Origin: an archaeon
Lineage (GTDB): Archaea; Nanobdellota; Nanobdellia; Woesearchaeales; GW2011-AR9
Assembly: GCA_043812455.1 (NCBI GenBank)
Contig: JBDRMB010000039.1
Location: 12,736-76,735 of the forward strand
Reading direction: 5' to 3'
Length of the DNA: 64,000 bases
Shown: piece after piece, positions 55,125 through 63,953 of the stretch
How positions within the stretch are numbered: the first letter of the stretch is position 1
Layout: every line of letters starts with the position of its first letter
The notes under the pieces: generated by a model
Seen by the model: the letters and a program-made list of their open reading frames with translations, nothing else
The model's database searches: none
What the model was told of the DNA's origin: nothing
Program-made: the position numbers and the translations under genes

Positions 55125-56843
55125 ATGGCTAAGGAAAAGAAAAGAAGAATGTTTTTGGAAAAGGACGATTTTCAAAGTGATATCTTCAAAGGTCTTTATG
55201 ATAAGTATTTTGGATATCTTGTTCCTGACGAACCTGTTGAAGAAAAACAGGATAATAATAATAATAATAATGATGATGATGATGATAATTATCATAGAAA
55301 CTATCAAAATAGAAATTTAAGAGATGATAAAAGCAAAAAAGTTGAAACACGAAAAGTTCCTGAATTGGATGATTTATTATATGAAAATGAAAGAGAAAAA
55401 GAAGTTAAGGTTATTGAACTTTTTCCTGGAAAAAAAGAAAGTAAATTAAAACTTGATGAAGGATTAAGTAAAGAAAATATTTTTGATGAATTTGATGCTG
55501 AAGTATCAGAAGATTTCCGGAAAGATTCGTTACAACAAAAGGTATCAGAACCACAAATTGTTTCTAAACAATATTTGCTAAATGATATTTTTTCAGAATT
55601 ATTACAGTATTATAAAGCCAATGATGTTAATAATAATGAAAGTATACCTGTCCTTGAAGAAGATGCTAATTGTTTACTAGCAACAGTAGCGGCTGCTTCA
55701 AAACATTCATTATTGATTGAAGGGAAAGCTCGAACTGGTAAATCATTAATCCTAGATCAAATGACTGAATTGTTAACTTCAGTATATTCAATAAAAAATT
55801 GTTCAAACAAATCATTTTTTGGAAGTGCTGATGAAATCAACAAAAATGATTTTTTGTACATTTCAGAATTTCAATCGGCAGTTCAAGGTAATCCCGTAGT
55901 AAAAGAAATTCTTAAGATGGTCACTGAGAATAAAGATGCAACTCATGATAGTAAAGGGATGAGAACAACCCTTTGTGGAAATTTAACTGTGTTAAGTACC
56001 GGCGCTGATGAGAACATATTGACCCAAAAAAGAGATGTTGAAGTTTCAGGCAGATTCATAATTTTAAAGACAAGATCTGACTTAGAAAAAACTAAAAAAA
56101 TTTGTGATTATCAAGACGGGCTGAAAGATGGGACTATTGAAGATGTTATGTTTTCAAAAGATAGGTTTGATAATCTAAAAAATCATATCAACCAAACTGT
56201 TGAAGAAAAGGGGTTTCGTTCAGAAAATCCGTTCATCAGATCATTCTCAGAAAATCTACCACAAACACAAAAATCTGTATATTATAGAACTTTATATCAC
56301 TCATTAATTGACGCTTTTACTAAGTTTGACAGGCAAAACAGGTTAAAGAAAGAAAATGGTAAGTTTCTGACTAACATTATTGATATTTATCTTGTCAACA
56401 CATTATATCATAAAACTTATTGCCAAACATTGAAACGGTTAGCAGCAATGAGTTATGAGGCTATTGAAAGAACGTTAAGTGAAGTAGAAAAAGAAGATCA
56501 GAAAAAAGAATACGAGCAAGAGATTTCATTAATAGAAGAAGTTGAAAATAAAAATACTAACTGGCAGAAGATATGGAACGGTGCTTATGAACATATGGCA
56601 AAGAACAATCCTCAACTGCTTAACCAGTGGGTAGCTTCTCAGTCTAAAGAAGGGAAAATTATAGTTTATAATCCTGTGAAAAAAGTTGATGTGTATTTGT
56701 GCGAAGCTGAACCAATCTCTATAAAAGAATATTCAGAGGTTGATAAGGTAAATACAAACTCTTTGGAATCTGAAGAACTTAATCGTTATGAAATAATTAC
56801 AGATCCAAGAAGGTTACTGCCCGAACCAAAAATTATAAATTGA
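55125..56843 (+). CDS. Uncharacterised P-loop NTPase (572 aa)
   Basis: Walker A LLIEGKARTGKS, candidate Walker B DFLYISEF, LTVLSTGAD, and VSGRFIILKT. Low-complexity N-terminus (NNNNNNDDDDDN). Helical C-terminal half. Confidence 0.65.
   Translation: MAKEKKRRMFLEKDDFQSDIFKGLYDKYFGYLVPDEPVEEKQDNNNNNNDDDDDNYHRNYQNRNLRDDKSKKVETRKVPELDDLLYENEREKEVKVIELFPGKKESKLKLDEGLSKENIFDEFDAEVSEDFRKDSLQQKVSEPQIVSKQYLLNDIFSELLQYYKANDVNNNESIPVLEEDANCLLATVAAASKHSLLIEGKARTGKSLILDQMTELLTSVYSIKNCSNKSFFGSADEINKNDFLYISEFQSAVQGNPVVKEILKMVTENKDATHDSKGMRTTLCGNLTVLSTGADENILTQKRDVEVSGRFIILKTRSDLEKTKKICDYQDGLKDGTIEDVMFSKDRFDNLKNHINQTVEEKGFRSENPFIRSFSENLPQTQKSVYYRTLYHSLIDAFTKFDRQNRLKKENGKFLTNIIDIYLVNTLYHKTYCQTLKRLAAMSYEAIERTLSEVEKEDQKKEYEQEISLIEEVENKNTNWQKIWNGAYEHMAKNNPQLLNQWVASQSKEGKIIVYNPVKKVDVYLCEAEPISIKEYSEVDKVNTNSLESEELNRYEIITDPRRLLPEPKIIN
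55251..55289 (+). repeat. In-frame trinucleotide microsatellite GAT(AAT)6(GAT)5AAT
   Basis: Read directly from the sequence; it encodes DNNNNNNDDDDDN in ORF 55125..56843. Confidence 0.9.
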
Positions 56844-56858
56844 TGAGGTTTTTAAAAA

Positions 56859-58535
56859 ATGATAAGAAATCAGAGATTATATGATAGATTTGAAGATAAA
56901 ATTAATGAAGAAATTAATATTGCAGTAAATCCTTCTTCAATCCCCTTGCCTTTTTCTTTAGAAAAAATTTTGCCCTTAATGTATAATTCTAAAGAAAAAG
57001 TTCATGAACTACAATCTGAATTAAGTAATAACAAAAGTTATTCTTTAGAAAATATCTGTGAAATTCACAATTTTTTACAGCCTTTAGAGAATAACATCCA
57101 TAATATAATAAATTCTGGCCAAGAATCATATTTACTCCTAATTGCAAAAGTGATTGATATTGGAGATAAGTTTGATCGCATAATCGAAAATAAGTTTAGA
57201 GAATTAGAAGTATCTTTTGATAAAAACAAAAACTCAAATTCTAACAAAAATAAAAGATTAAGTTTGGTTTTTGACCAATATATTACCTTAGATAAAATTA
57301 GCCAAAAAAGAGATTTAACTTTTCTACCACCTCCAAAAATTAAACAGAAATTTGATGGTTATAAAAAAAGAATTGAAGAATTTAAAAGAGTTGATATTGA
57401 TATCAAGAAATTAATTGATGGATATCAAAACCTTAAAACCCCGGAAGAGATAAAAAAATATGTAAATGATAAATCTGAAGATTTGAAAAGTCATGGAATT
57501 ACTTTTAATAACAATCTAATACAAAGAGCTATTAATTTGCAATATCGGGAAGCTATAAGCGTTCTTGAAGATTTGAGAAATGATTTTAAGAACACTAGTG
57601 ATAAAGCAGAAAATTTTATTGCTTACAGAGCTCGTATATCTTCTGACATTAGAAAAATTAAAGCATATAAAGATAAAATTGATTCTCTAGAAGTTGATAA
57701 ATTAAATCTTTTTGATAAATTGATAATCGCTAAGAACCTGGAAAATCTTGATTCAAAAAAGTATAATTCTGCTAGAAGAAATTTGTTTCTTTCCGGAAGT
57801 ATTGATTTATATGGACAAAATGTCAAAGAATTGAAAGACTCTGGTAAATATTTGTTAACGAAAGATTTTCTTAGAAAAATTGATAATTACGGAATTCAAC
57901 TAAAGAATAGTTCTTTAGATAGTTCTTTAGATAATTCAAAAGAAAAAGAAATTTATCAAACTATTTCTGTCATTGATGAGAAGATAAAATCTTTTGAAGA
58001 TTTTGTTAAAGCGGGAATTAGATATAATAATGATGATGATTCAGAACAGTTAGAAAAATATGGCGAAGAGTTTAGTGAATTTTACAGAAAAGCAGAAGAG
58101 TTAAATCTGAGTAAGGTATGCACTTACCTTACTGGAACTAAAAAAGTTTTAGATTTTTATCTGAAAAGATGTATGCCTGAAATTGATAAAATACTGGAAG
58201 AAAATTATGAATTTAGTTCAGATGAAGAGTTAGGCCACAATAACTGTGATAAGATACATGAAAAATTTAAGCAGTTATATGAAGGGAAAATAAAGATTGG
58301 TTCTAAAGAAGACTTATTCAATATGACATATAAATCCCGCAATATTGTAACTGATAGAAAATTAGCTGATATATGTTCAACTATTTCTGGTTTTTATGGA
58401 GATGAAAGAGTTTTCAAAGGTTCAATGGAGATTAGGGTTGAAGAAACCAAAAGACATTTTCCTTTGGAAGGGCTGGAAAATGGAGATTTAGTTCTTTACA
58501 ATTCTATTGTAGAAGCTGTCGATTGTTTGTTTTGA
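56859..58535 (+). CDS. Hypothetical large helical protein (558 aa), Asn/Lys-rich
   Basis: Long ORF starting 15 nt after the previous gene, with GAGGT upstream. No TM and no recognisable motif. Confidence 0.6.
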   Translation: MIRNQRLYDRFEDKINEEINIAVNPSSIPLPFSLEKILPLMYNSKEKVHELQSELSNNKSYSLENICEIHNFLQPLENNIHNIINSGQESYLLLIAKVIDIGDKFDRIIENKFRELEVSFDKNKNSNSNKNKRLSLVFDQYITLDKISQKRDLTFLPPPKIKQKFDGYKKRIEEFKRVDIDIKKLIDGYQNLKTPEEIKKYVNDKSEDLKSHGITFNNNLIQRAINLQYREAISVLEDLRNDFKNTSDKAENFIAYRARISSDIRKIKAYKDKIDSLEVDKLNLFDKLIIAKNLENLDSKKYNSARRNLFLSGSIDLYGQNVKELKDSGKYLLTKDFLRKIDNYGIQLKNSSLDSSLDNSKEKEIYQTISVIDEKIKSFEDFVKAGIRYNNDDDSEQLEKYGEEFSEFYRKAEELNLSKVCTYLTGTKKVLDFYLKRCMPEIDKILEENYEFSSDEELGHNNCDKIHEKFKQLYEGKIKIGSKEDLFNMTYKSRNIVTDRKLADICSTISGFYGDERVFKGSMEIRVEETKRHFPLEGLENGDLVLYNSIVEAVDCLF

Positions 58536-58551
58536 TTTTTAATATCAAAAA

Positions 58552-60756
58552 TTACTGGTTAACCCAACCACAAGACCCTTTCTTTTTAATTGATGAAATT
58601 TTATTACCATTAGGACAATTACAATTATACAACAAGTCACCATCATCTTCCAAAAAATAAACTCCTTTATCATTATCACCTTTACAACGAATGTTATTTT
58701 CATTATCAAAATAAAAATTATTTATAATATTTAAACCAAACTCAGGATGTAAACTATATAATCTTTCTCTTAAGAAATAATCATGTGATGGCTTAAAAAC
58801 TTCCCAATGTGTAGAACTATCTTTTAGAATATTATAATAATCAGAGCCATTGATATCCTTATCATGAAATGTTAAATTATTATTTCTATCAATTTTGTAC
58901 ACACCAGAACTCCCATCATCATAATTCATTATATTTCCATCTTTATTCAAATAAAAATCTTCTATAACAACATCTGCTAACCTAGGATGCAAATTATGAA
59001 TTTGTTTCCTTAATTCAATTTCTGCTGGAGTTGGTTCTTGGGATGGCAGTTCTAGAGACTTTTGCTCAGGATCAATTTCAACATTATAATTACTGGTTTC
59101 TTGTGTGATTTCTTCTTGGCCAGTATTGTTAATAAGTTGTTTTGGAATCACTTCTTCTGTCTTTTGATCATCAAACAATTCACCCTTATGTTCTACCATA
59201 TATTTTGTTACAAAGCCCCCAGATATTATCCCTGTAGCAACTGTTGTTAAAAGAGCTATTGTTTTCCAGTCAAATATTAGAGTGAATTCCTTAACAGCAC
59301 TTATTTTCTGTTGTAATCCCCATATTGCAGATTCTATTCCTTCCTCACAGAAATTATATACTCTTCTCCCCTGGTTACTTATTCCATTGAAACAATCGTT
59401 AATTAATATTTTTGCATAATTCTTCTTACTTATCTCTTTTTCAGAAATTATTTTTTCTCTTAACCAATCAAGTGAAAAATCTTGTTTTTCAATTTGACCA
59501 ATATTTTTTTTTGTATTTTGTGGTAAAGGAAAATTATTTATTTGGTTAGAATAAAAAAGTATTTCTTCACCACAATTATAATTAGGTAATTTTATGATAT
59601 AATTTTTAATTTCATCAGGAATTTGGGGTCCATCACTACCAAAGATACTAATTTCTTGTGGTGATGGGTCTGTAGTGACTTCCAATTCAAGATTAATTTC
59701 CTTTAAATCGTCAATAAAGTCTTGAGCTTCCTGATAACGTTCATCTTTCCCAGAAGTTCCTTTGATGATAATATCTACTAATTTTTCAGCATTTTCATCA
59801 GAATAATTTTTATCATCTTTTCTATCACCATCTAATGATTCTAATAAAGATTCCCTTAAGTGATTTAAATCTTTTTTATTTTGCACTTCTTTTGCTTTAT
59901 TTATCCAATACTGGCTTAATCTTCCAGTAAGCATCAGACATAAATTATTTGCCATGAAATAAGTGTCAATTGAAGGTTCTGCTTTTTCGTATGATTCAAT
60001 ATCTGGAGAAGAGTAGATAACATTAAAAATACCTCTATTTCCAGAAGTATAATATGTGTTTGATACAGGTCCTGCAACAGATTTATTAAATAAGTGCCTG
60101 ATATCTTCACCTTTAGATCTTGCAATGCCAAAATCGTTCACGAGGAATATGTTTCTATCTATCACTATTATATTCGCTGGAGAAAGATCTCCATGTATAA
60201 TACCTGAACAAATTGGCGTCTTAAAATTGTGAAAGAATTTTACTTGTTTAAGAATACTTTCTGTTAAATTGACTACTTTATCTAATTTTAATATCTTATA
60301 ATTATTTGCTTTAATTTCCTCTGGTTTCACATTATTCCTTTTCGAATAATCGGGTAATTCAATAATTTCTTCAAGAGTTTGGAAATAAGCATGACCTCTT
60401 GATAAATCTTTAAATAATAAACCCATTCTTCCATCAATCTCCATTGAACCTAAATATTCTCTTTTCCCAAATTCAGCAAGGATTTGGTTATGATCCATTT
60501 TAGATGAATATTCTTTGATAGTATCCTCTACTGACATTTCATTTAAAAGGAGAGTTATAGAAGTAGGTCCTGGACATGTTATATTGTTGCTATGAGTTTT
60601 CCAAAACATTCTTTCTCTTCCTAGTTCAATAAAAAATCTACTAGATAAGCTACCTACACTTCTTCCTTCGGATAGGATGTGTACTTCTCTTCCATCTCTT
60701 GTAACTTTTTTCACTGAATTATAATCTTTTTTCCTTGACATTACAATGCCCCCCAC
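58552..60756 (-). CDS. Transmembrane Hanks-type Ser/Thr protein kinase with a duplicated extracellular C-terminal module
   Basis: Catalytic loop IIHGDLSPANIIV, then NDFGIARS, then SIDTYFMANNLCLMLTG. TM is WKTIALLTTVATGIISGGFV. The ectodomain repeats are LHPRLADVVIEDFYLNKDGNI..GVYKIDRNNNL and LHPEFGLNIINNFYFDNENNI..GVYFLEDDGDL. The start is GTG at 60756 or ATG at 60741 (TAATG overlap). Confidence 0.8.
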   Translation of the reverse strand: MGGIVMSRKKDYNSVKKVTRDGREVHILSEGRSVGSLSSRFFIELGRERMFWKTHSNNITCPGPTSITLLLNEMSVEDTIKEYSSKMDHNQILAEFGKREYLGSMEIDGRMGLLFKDLSRGHAYFQTLEEIIELPDYSKRNNVKPEEIKANNYKILKLDKVVNLTESILKQVKFFHNFKTPICSGIIHGDLSPANIIVIDRNIFLVNDFGIARSKGEDIRHLFNKSVAGPVSNTYYTSGNRGIFNVIYSSPDIESYEKAEPSIDTYFMANNLCLMLTGRLSQYWINKAKEVQNKKDLNHLRESLLESLDGDRKDDKNYSDENAEKLVDIIIKGTSGKDERYQEAQDFIDDLKEINLELEVTTDPSPQEISIFGSDGPQIPDEIKNYIIKLPNYNCGEEILFYSNQINNFPLPQNTKKNIGQIEKQDFSLDWLREKIISEKEISKKNYAKILINDCFNGISNQGRRVYNFCEEGIESAIWGLQQKISAVKEFTLIFDWKTIALLTTVATGIISGGFVTKYMVEHKGELFDDQKTEEVIPKQLINNTGQEEITQETSNYNVEIDPEQKSLELPSQEPTPAEIELRKQIHNLHPRLADVVIEDFYLNKDGNIMNYDDGSSGVYKIDRNNNLTFHDKDINGSDYYNILKDSSTHWEVFKPSHDYFLRERLYSLHPEFGLNIINNFYFDNENNIRCKGDNDKGVYFLEDDGDLLYNCNCPNGNKISSIKKKGSCGWVNQ

Positions 60757-61907
60757 CCATTATCATTTAGTAAGAATTCATACAAAGAATCGGATGCAGA
60801 ATTGTCATCGTCTGTTGGATATTCTGTTGGTGTTTCTGAATCTCTTCCTATTTCTGATCCTTCAGGTTTAGGTTGTACTAATTGATCACCAACAGAACTA
60901 GATTTATCTATACACTTAATATTAACATCACCATCATTTTTACAAAGTAGATTTTCATTAATTGCTGGCCTTGAATAACCGTCAGCCATTCTAACTGTTA
61001 CTCCATCAATCGTATCTCTTTTAGTAACTAAACAACCATAATCTGTGGCATTTTCACTATAACCCTGATTAACCAAGTTATTGATAGCATCCATAAATTT
61101 AGAACTATCAGCATTACCACAAAGATTAGAAGTTGCGTAGTTTTTTATAGTTGTGGGATTTGAATCTGATGATGATGTATTATTACTTTGATCATTTAAT
61201 ATTGACTCTCCAACTGAATCAATGGAAATATTAGGATCAGTCATAAAATCATTTGTTTGATTAGTAGAATAATTATCAGAACCAACATTATCAATTAAAT
61301 GAGGCAATTTATTTGAAGGGGGGTTTATGATAATCTTGTGATGAACACTATCATCCCATTGAAAACAGTGTAATCTAAATTCTAAATTAATAGGCTCATT
61401 AATTGCAGGAGTATTTAAAAAATCATATATGTTGAATGATTTTTCATAAATACCTTCATCAAAGAAAATAATCTTTTCTTCTCCATCCTTACCATCAATC
61501 GAATAATCTAAAATGCAAGATTCAATATTTTCACTTATTCTAATTTTAAATTCGTGGTTTTCATTGTTTTTATCATAATGTATTGACTCTGATCCTTCAA
61601 AATCATAATTAACCTTTTCTATAATTTCATTATTAACATGATTTGATTCAACATTATTTGAATCTTTACAAAAATAATAACTTAGAAGACTTCCTGAAAT
61701 CAGACTTAATAACGCGATTCCAAATCCGGAAATTGCTGCTTTTTTTTCCCCAATAGAATTTGTTTCTAACTCATCAAATCTGGCTTTGACATTGTTTCTC
61801 TGATTAATTATAGTATTTACATCTTTTCTAAGATTTCTAACTTCCTCTTCAGAAAATAATATTAATTTTTCAGATTTTTTTGGATTTTCCCGTTCAGTCA
61901 TATTCAT
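60741..61907 (-). CDS. Bitopic membrane protein: cytoplasmic coiled coil, TM, ectodomain carrying the Cys domain shared with ORF 47297..48946
   Basis: TM is AAISGFGIALLSLISGSLLSYYF. CGNADSSKFMDAINNLVNQGYS..DGVTVRMADGYSRPA matches the 549-aa protein. Confidence 0.65.
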   Translation of the reverse strand: MNMTERENPKKSEKLILFSEEEVRNLRKDVNTIINQRNNVKARFDELETNSIGEKKAAISGFGIALLSLISGSLLSYYFCKDSNNVESNHVNNEIIEKVNYDFEGSESIHYDKNNENHEFKIRISENIESCILDYSIDGKDGEEKIIFFDEGIYEKSFNIYDFLNTPAINEPINLEFRLHCFQWDDSVHHKIIINPPSNKLPHLIDNVGSDNYSTNQTNDFMTDPNISIDSVGESILNDQSNNTSSSDSNPTTIKNYATSNLCGNADSSKFMDAINNLVNQGYSENATDYGCLVTKRDTIDGVTVRMADGYSRPAINENLLCKNDGDVNIKCIDKSSSVGDQLVQPKPEGSEIGRDSETPTEYPTDDDNSASDSLYEFLLNDNGWGAL

Positions 61908-61931
61908 TACTCACTAAATAGATTAAATTAA

Positions 61932-63953
61932 TTAAGGCATAAATCTTTTATATTTTGACCATTGGTTATTTTTATCATTTTCAATGTCATTGAATAATGC
62001 TTCTTTGTCTTTAGATGAAGTAACGTACTCTATAAATTCTTCAGATTCATCTATGGTTGTTGTGATCTCTCTTTCATTTTCCTCAACTGCTTGTACTAAA
62101 TCACTATTTTGTGCATTATTTTGTAGCGAATCTCTTAACTGTTCATTTTCTGATTCTAAACTTAGCTTTTGTTCATTTTCATTTTGTAATTCAGAATATA
62201 GTTTTTTTATTTCTAATTCCTTTTCTTGTAATTGTTTGTCTTTTTCTTCACAATCAATTTCATACTGAGAATTTTTTTTGCTTAATCTCTCAATTAAATT
62301 TTTTGCTTCAAACAAATTATTGCTATTCTTATTTTTTACATTTTCTAATTCAGTTTCTAAATAAATTATCTTTTTGTTATTATCTGTGCGTGTTTCTGAT
62401 AATCTATTTTTTTCAATAACAAAATTTTCAATAACGGAATTCAAATCATCAATTATTATATTATATCCTTTACACAATTTATCAACTTCTGAATATTCTC
62501 TTTCTTTATTAGAAAGCTTTTCTTCAAAATCTACCCTTTTTTGCTTTTCAGAATCTAATTCTATAGCAAAATTTTCAATTACAGAATTCAAATCATCAAT
62601 TATTATACTATATCCTTTACACAATTTATCAACTTCTGAATATTCTCTTTCTTTATTAGAAAGCTTTTCTTCAAAATCTACCTTTTTTTGCTTTTCAGAA
62701 TCTAATTCTATAGCTAATTTCTCAAGTTCTTTTTTTTTTGTTTTATTTAAATTAAAAATTTTGTTTAACCAACTATTCTCAGATTCATTACATCTTTTTT
62801 CTAATGATTCATATTTGTTATTTAAGTGGTTGATTTTTTTATGCATCTCATCAACCTCATTTTGATATTGTTTAATTTCTTCTTTTTTATTATTAAGAAC
62901 TTCAATTATCTCTTCTTTTTCATCAAATAAAATACTTAACTTTGATTCTAACTCAGAATTTGCTTTATGTAAGTAATCTTTTTCTTTTTGTAAATTAGGT
63001 ATCTTTTTAACTTCTTTCTCTAATTCGGGGATTTTGTTGTCTTTTAAATCCTTTATTTCTATAATATTTTTTTTAACTGAATCTTCTAAATCAATAAACA
63101 TTATTGTAGTGTCGTCATACTTCAATCTTCTTAAATCAATATTTTCTAACAATTGGTCATCATTTCTTTTTATATAAGAATCTAAGGCATCATCAACTAA
63201 TTCTTCAATTGATTGATAATCGTTTTGATGTAAGGAGGTTCTTAAAAGGATTTTTCTTTTTAATTCATCAATAGAACCTATCTCTAACATTTTTTTTCTT
63301 GGGAGGTTAATCTCGTCTTCTATCTCTCTTAACTTTCCAAAATAATTTAAGGACTTATCTAACAAAATACTGTTTAGATGTTCTTTACTTATTCTAGAAT
63401 CAACACCATCAGAATGTATCATAATAAAGGATGGTTTTTCTTCGCTAAAATCAAATTCACGATAATTTATCCTTTCTTCAATTTCCCTACCATCAATATC
63501 ATCAACTCCAACATAATTTGTAGGTCCATAACTCCCTTTACTTTCATTTTTTACAACATCATCAACTATTTTATCATCATAAACAAAAATAATACTACAA
63601 TCGCCTAAATGACCAACATAAGCTCTATTCTCTCTAACTATTAATAATGATAAAGTCGAATGTGCTGAACCTAGATTTGCTAAAGGGGTATTAACTTTAA
63701 CTATCGCATCTCTAATTATGGATTGATAATCTTTTATTTCTTCGTTCTTTAATCTAAATTCTAATTCATCACCAACCTTATTAACAATCATGTGGCTTGC
63801 GATACTTCCTCTTTCCATATCATCGCTACATCCATCTGCTACCATAAATAATCCACAATCTTTGCCGTTGATATCTTTAATTATAGAGTTATAATGTGAA
63901 TCTTCATTATAATCATGGGTTCTTCCCGGTTTTTCAGTAACATAAGCTTCCAT
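61932..63953 (-). CDS. PP2C-family Ser/Thr phosphatase fused to an about 430-aa coiled coil
   Basis: NEDSHY, LFMVADGCSDDMERGSIAS, YVGHLGDCSII, FIMIHSDGV, YDDTTIMFIDL. After these come continuous heptad-like E/K/L/N-rich sequence that includes a 49-aa tandem duplication. Confidence 0.8.
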   Translation of the reverse strand: MEAYVTEKPGRTHDYNEDSHYNSIIKDINGKDCGLFMVADGCSDDMERGSIASHMIVNKVGDELEFRLKNEEIKDYQSIIRDAIVKVNTPLANLGSAHSTLSLLIVRENRAYVGHLGDCSIIFVYDDKIVDDVVKNESKGSYGPTNYVGVDDIDGREIEERINYREFDFSEEKPSFIMIHSDGVDSRISKEHLNSILLDKSLNYFGKLREIEDEINLPRKKMLEIGSIDELKRKILLRTSLHQNDYQSIEELVDDALDSYIKRNDDQLLENIDLRRLKYDDTTIMFIDLEDSVKKNIIEIKDLKDNKIPELEKEVKKIPNLQKEKDYLHKANSELESKLSILFDEKEEIIEVLNNKKEEIKQYQNEVDEMHKKINHLNNKYESLEKRCNESENSWLNKIFNLNKTKKKELEKLAIELDSEKQKKVDFEEKLSNKEREYSEVDKLCKGYSIIIDDLNSVIENFAIELDSEKQKRVDFEEKLSNKEREYSEVDKLCKGYNIIIDDLNSVIENFVIEKNRLSETRTDNNKKIIYLETELENVKNKNSNNLFEAKNLIERLSKKNSQYEIDCEEKDKQLQEKELEIKKLYSELQNENEQKLSLESENEQLRDSLQNNAQNSDLVQAVEENEREITTTIDESEEFIEYVTSSKDKEALFNDIENDKNNQWSKYKRFMP
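62421..62714 (-). repeat. Near-perfect 147-bp tandem duplication (2 copies) inside the PP2C coiled-coil region
   Basis: 62421..62567 versus 62568..62714 differ at about 4 positions. Each copy encodes AIELDSEKQK(K/R)VDFEEKLSNKEREYSEVDKLCKGY(S/N)IIIDDLNSVIENF. Confidence 0.9.

Noticed and set aside
55062-55307. Minus-strand 81-aa ORF with a poly-Ile run
   Set aside because: It is an artefact of the (AAT)n/(GAT)n microsatellite read on the opposite strand.
50268-58535. Integrated virus/plasmid call for the + strand operon
   Set aside because: No integrase, capsid, terminase, att-like direct repeats or flanking tRNA are visible, and composition looks like the flanks. It is kept only as an alternative hypothesis, not annotated as a mobile element.
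47297-61907. Diversity-generating retroelement (template/variable repeat pair) as the explanation for the 38/40-nt identical segments
   Set aside because: There is no reverse transcriptase in the window. The two mismatches are not adenine-specific, and the identical core encodes a conserved peptide rather than a variable one.
61984-62865. Plus-strand ORFs (94, 102 and 163 aa) rich in Ser/Phe/Leu
   Set aside because: They are antisense to the PP2C coiled-coil region. The repetitive E/K/L codons keep the opposite strand open, and the 163-aa ORF simply mirrors the 147-bp duplication.
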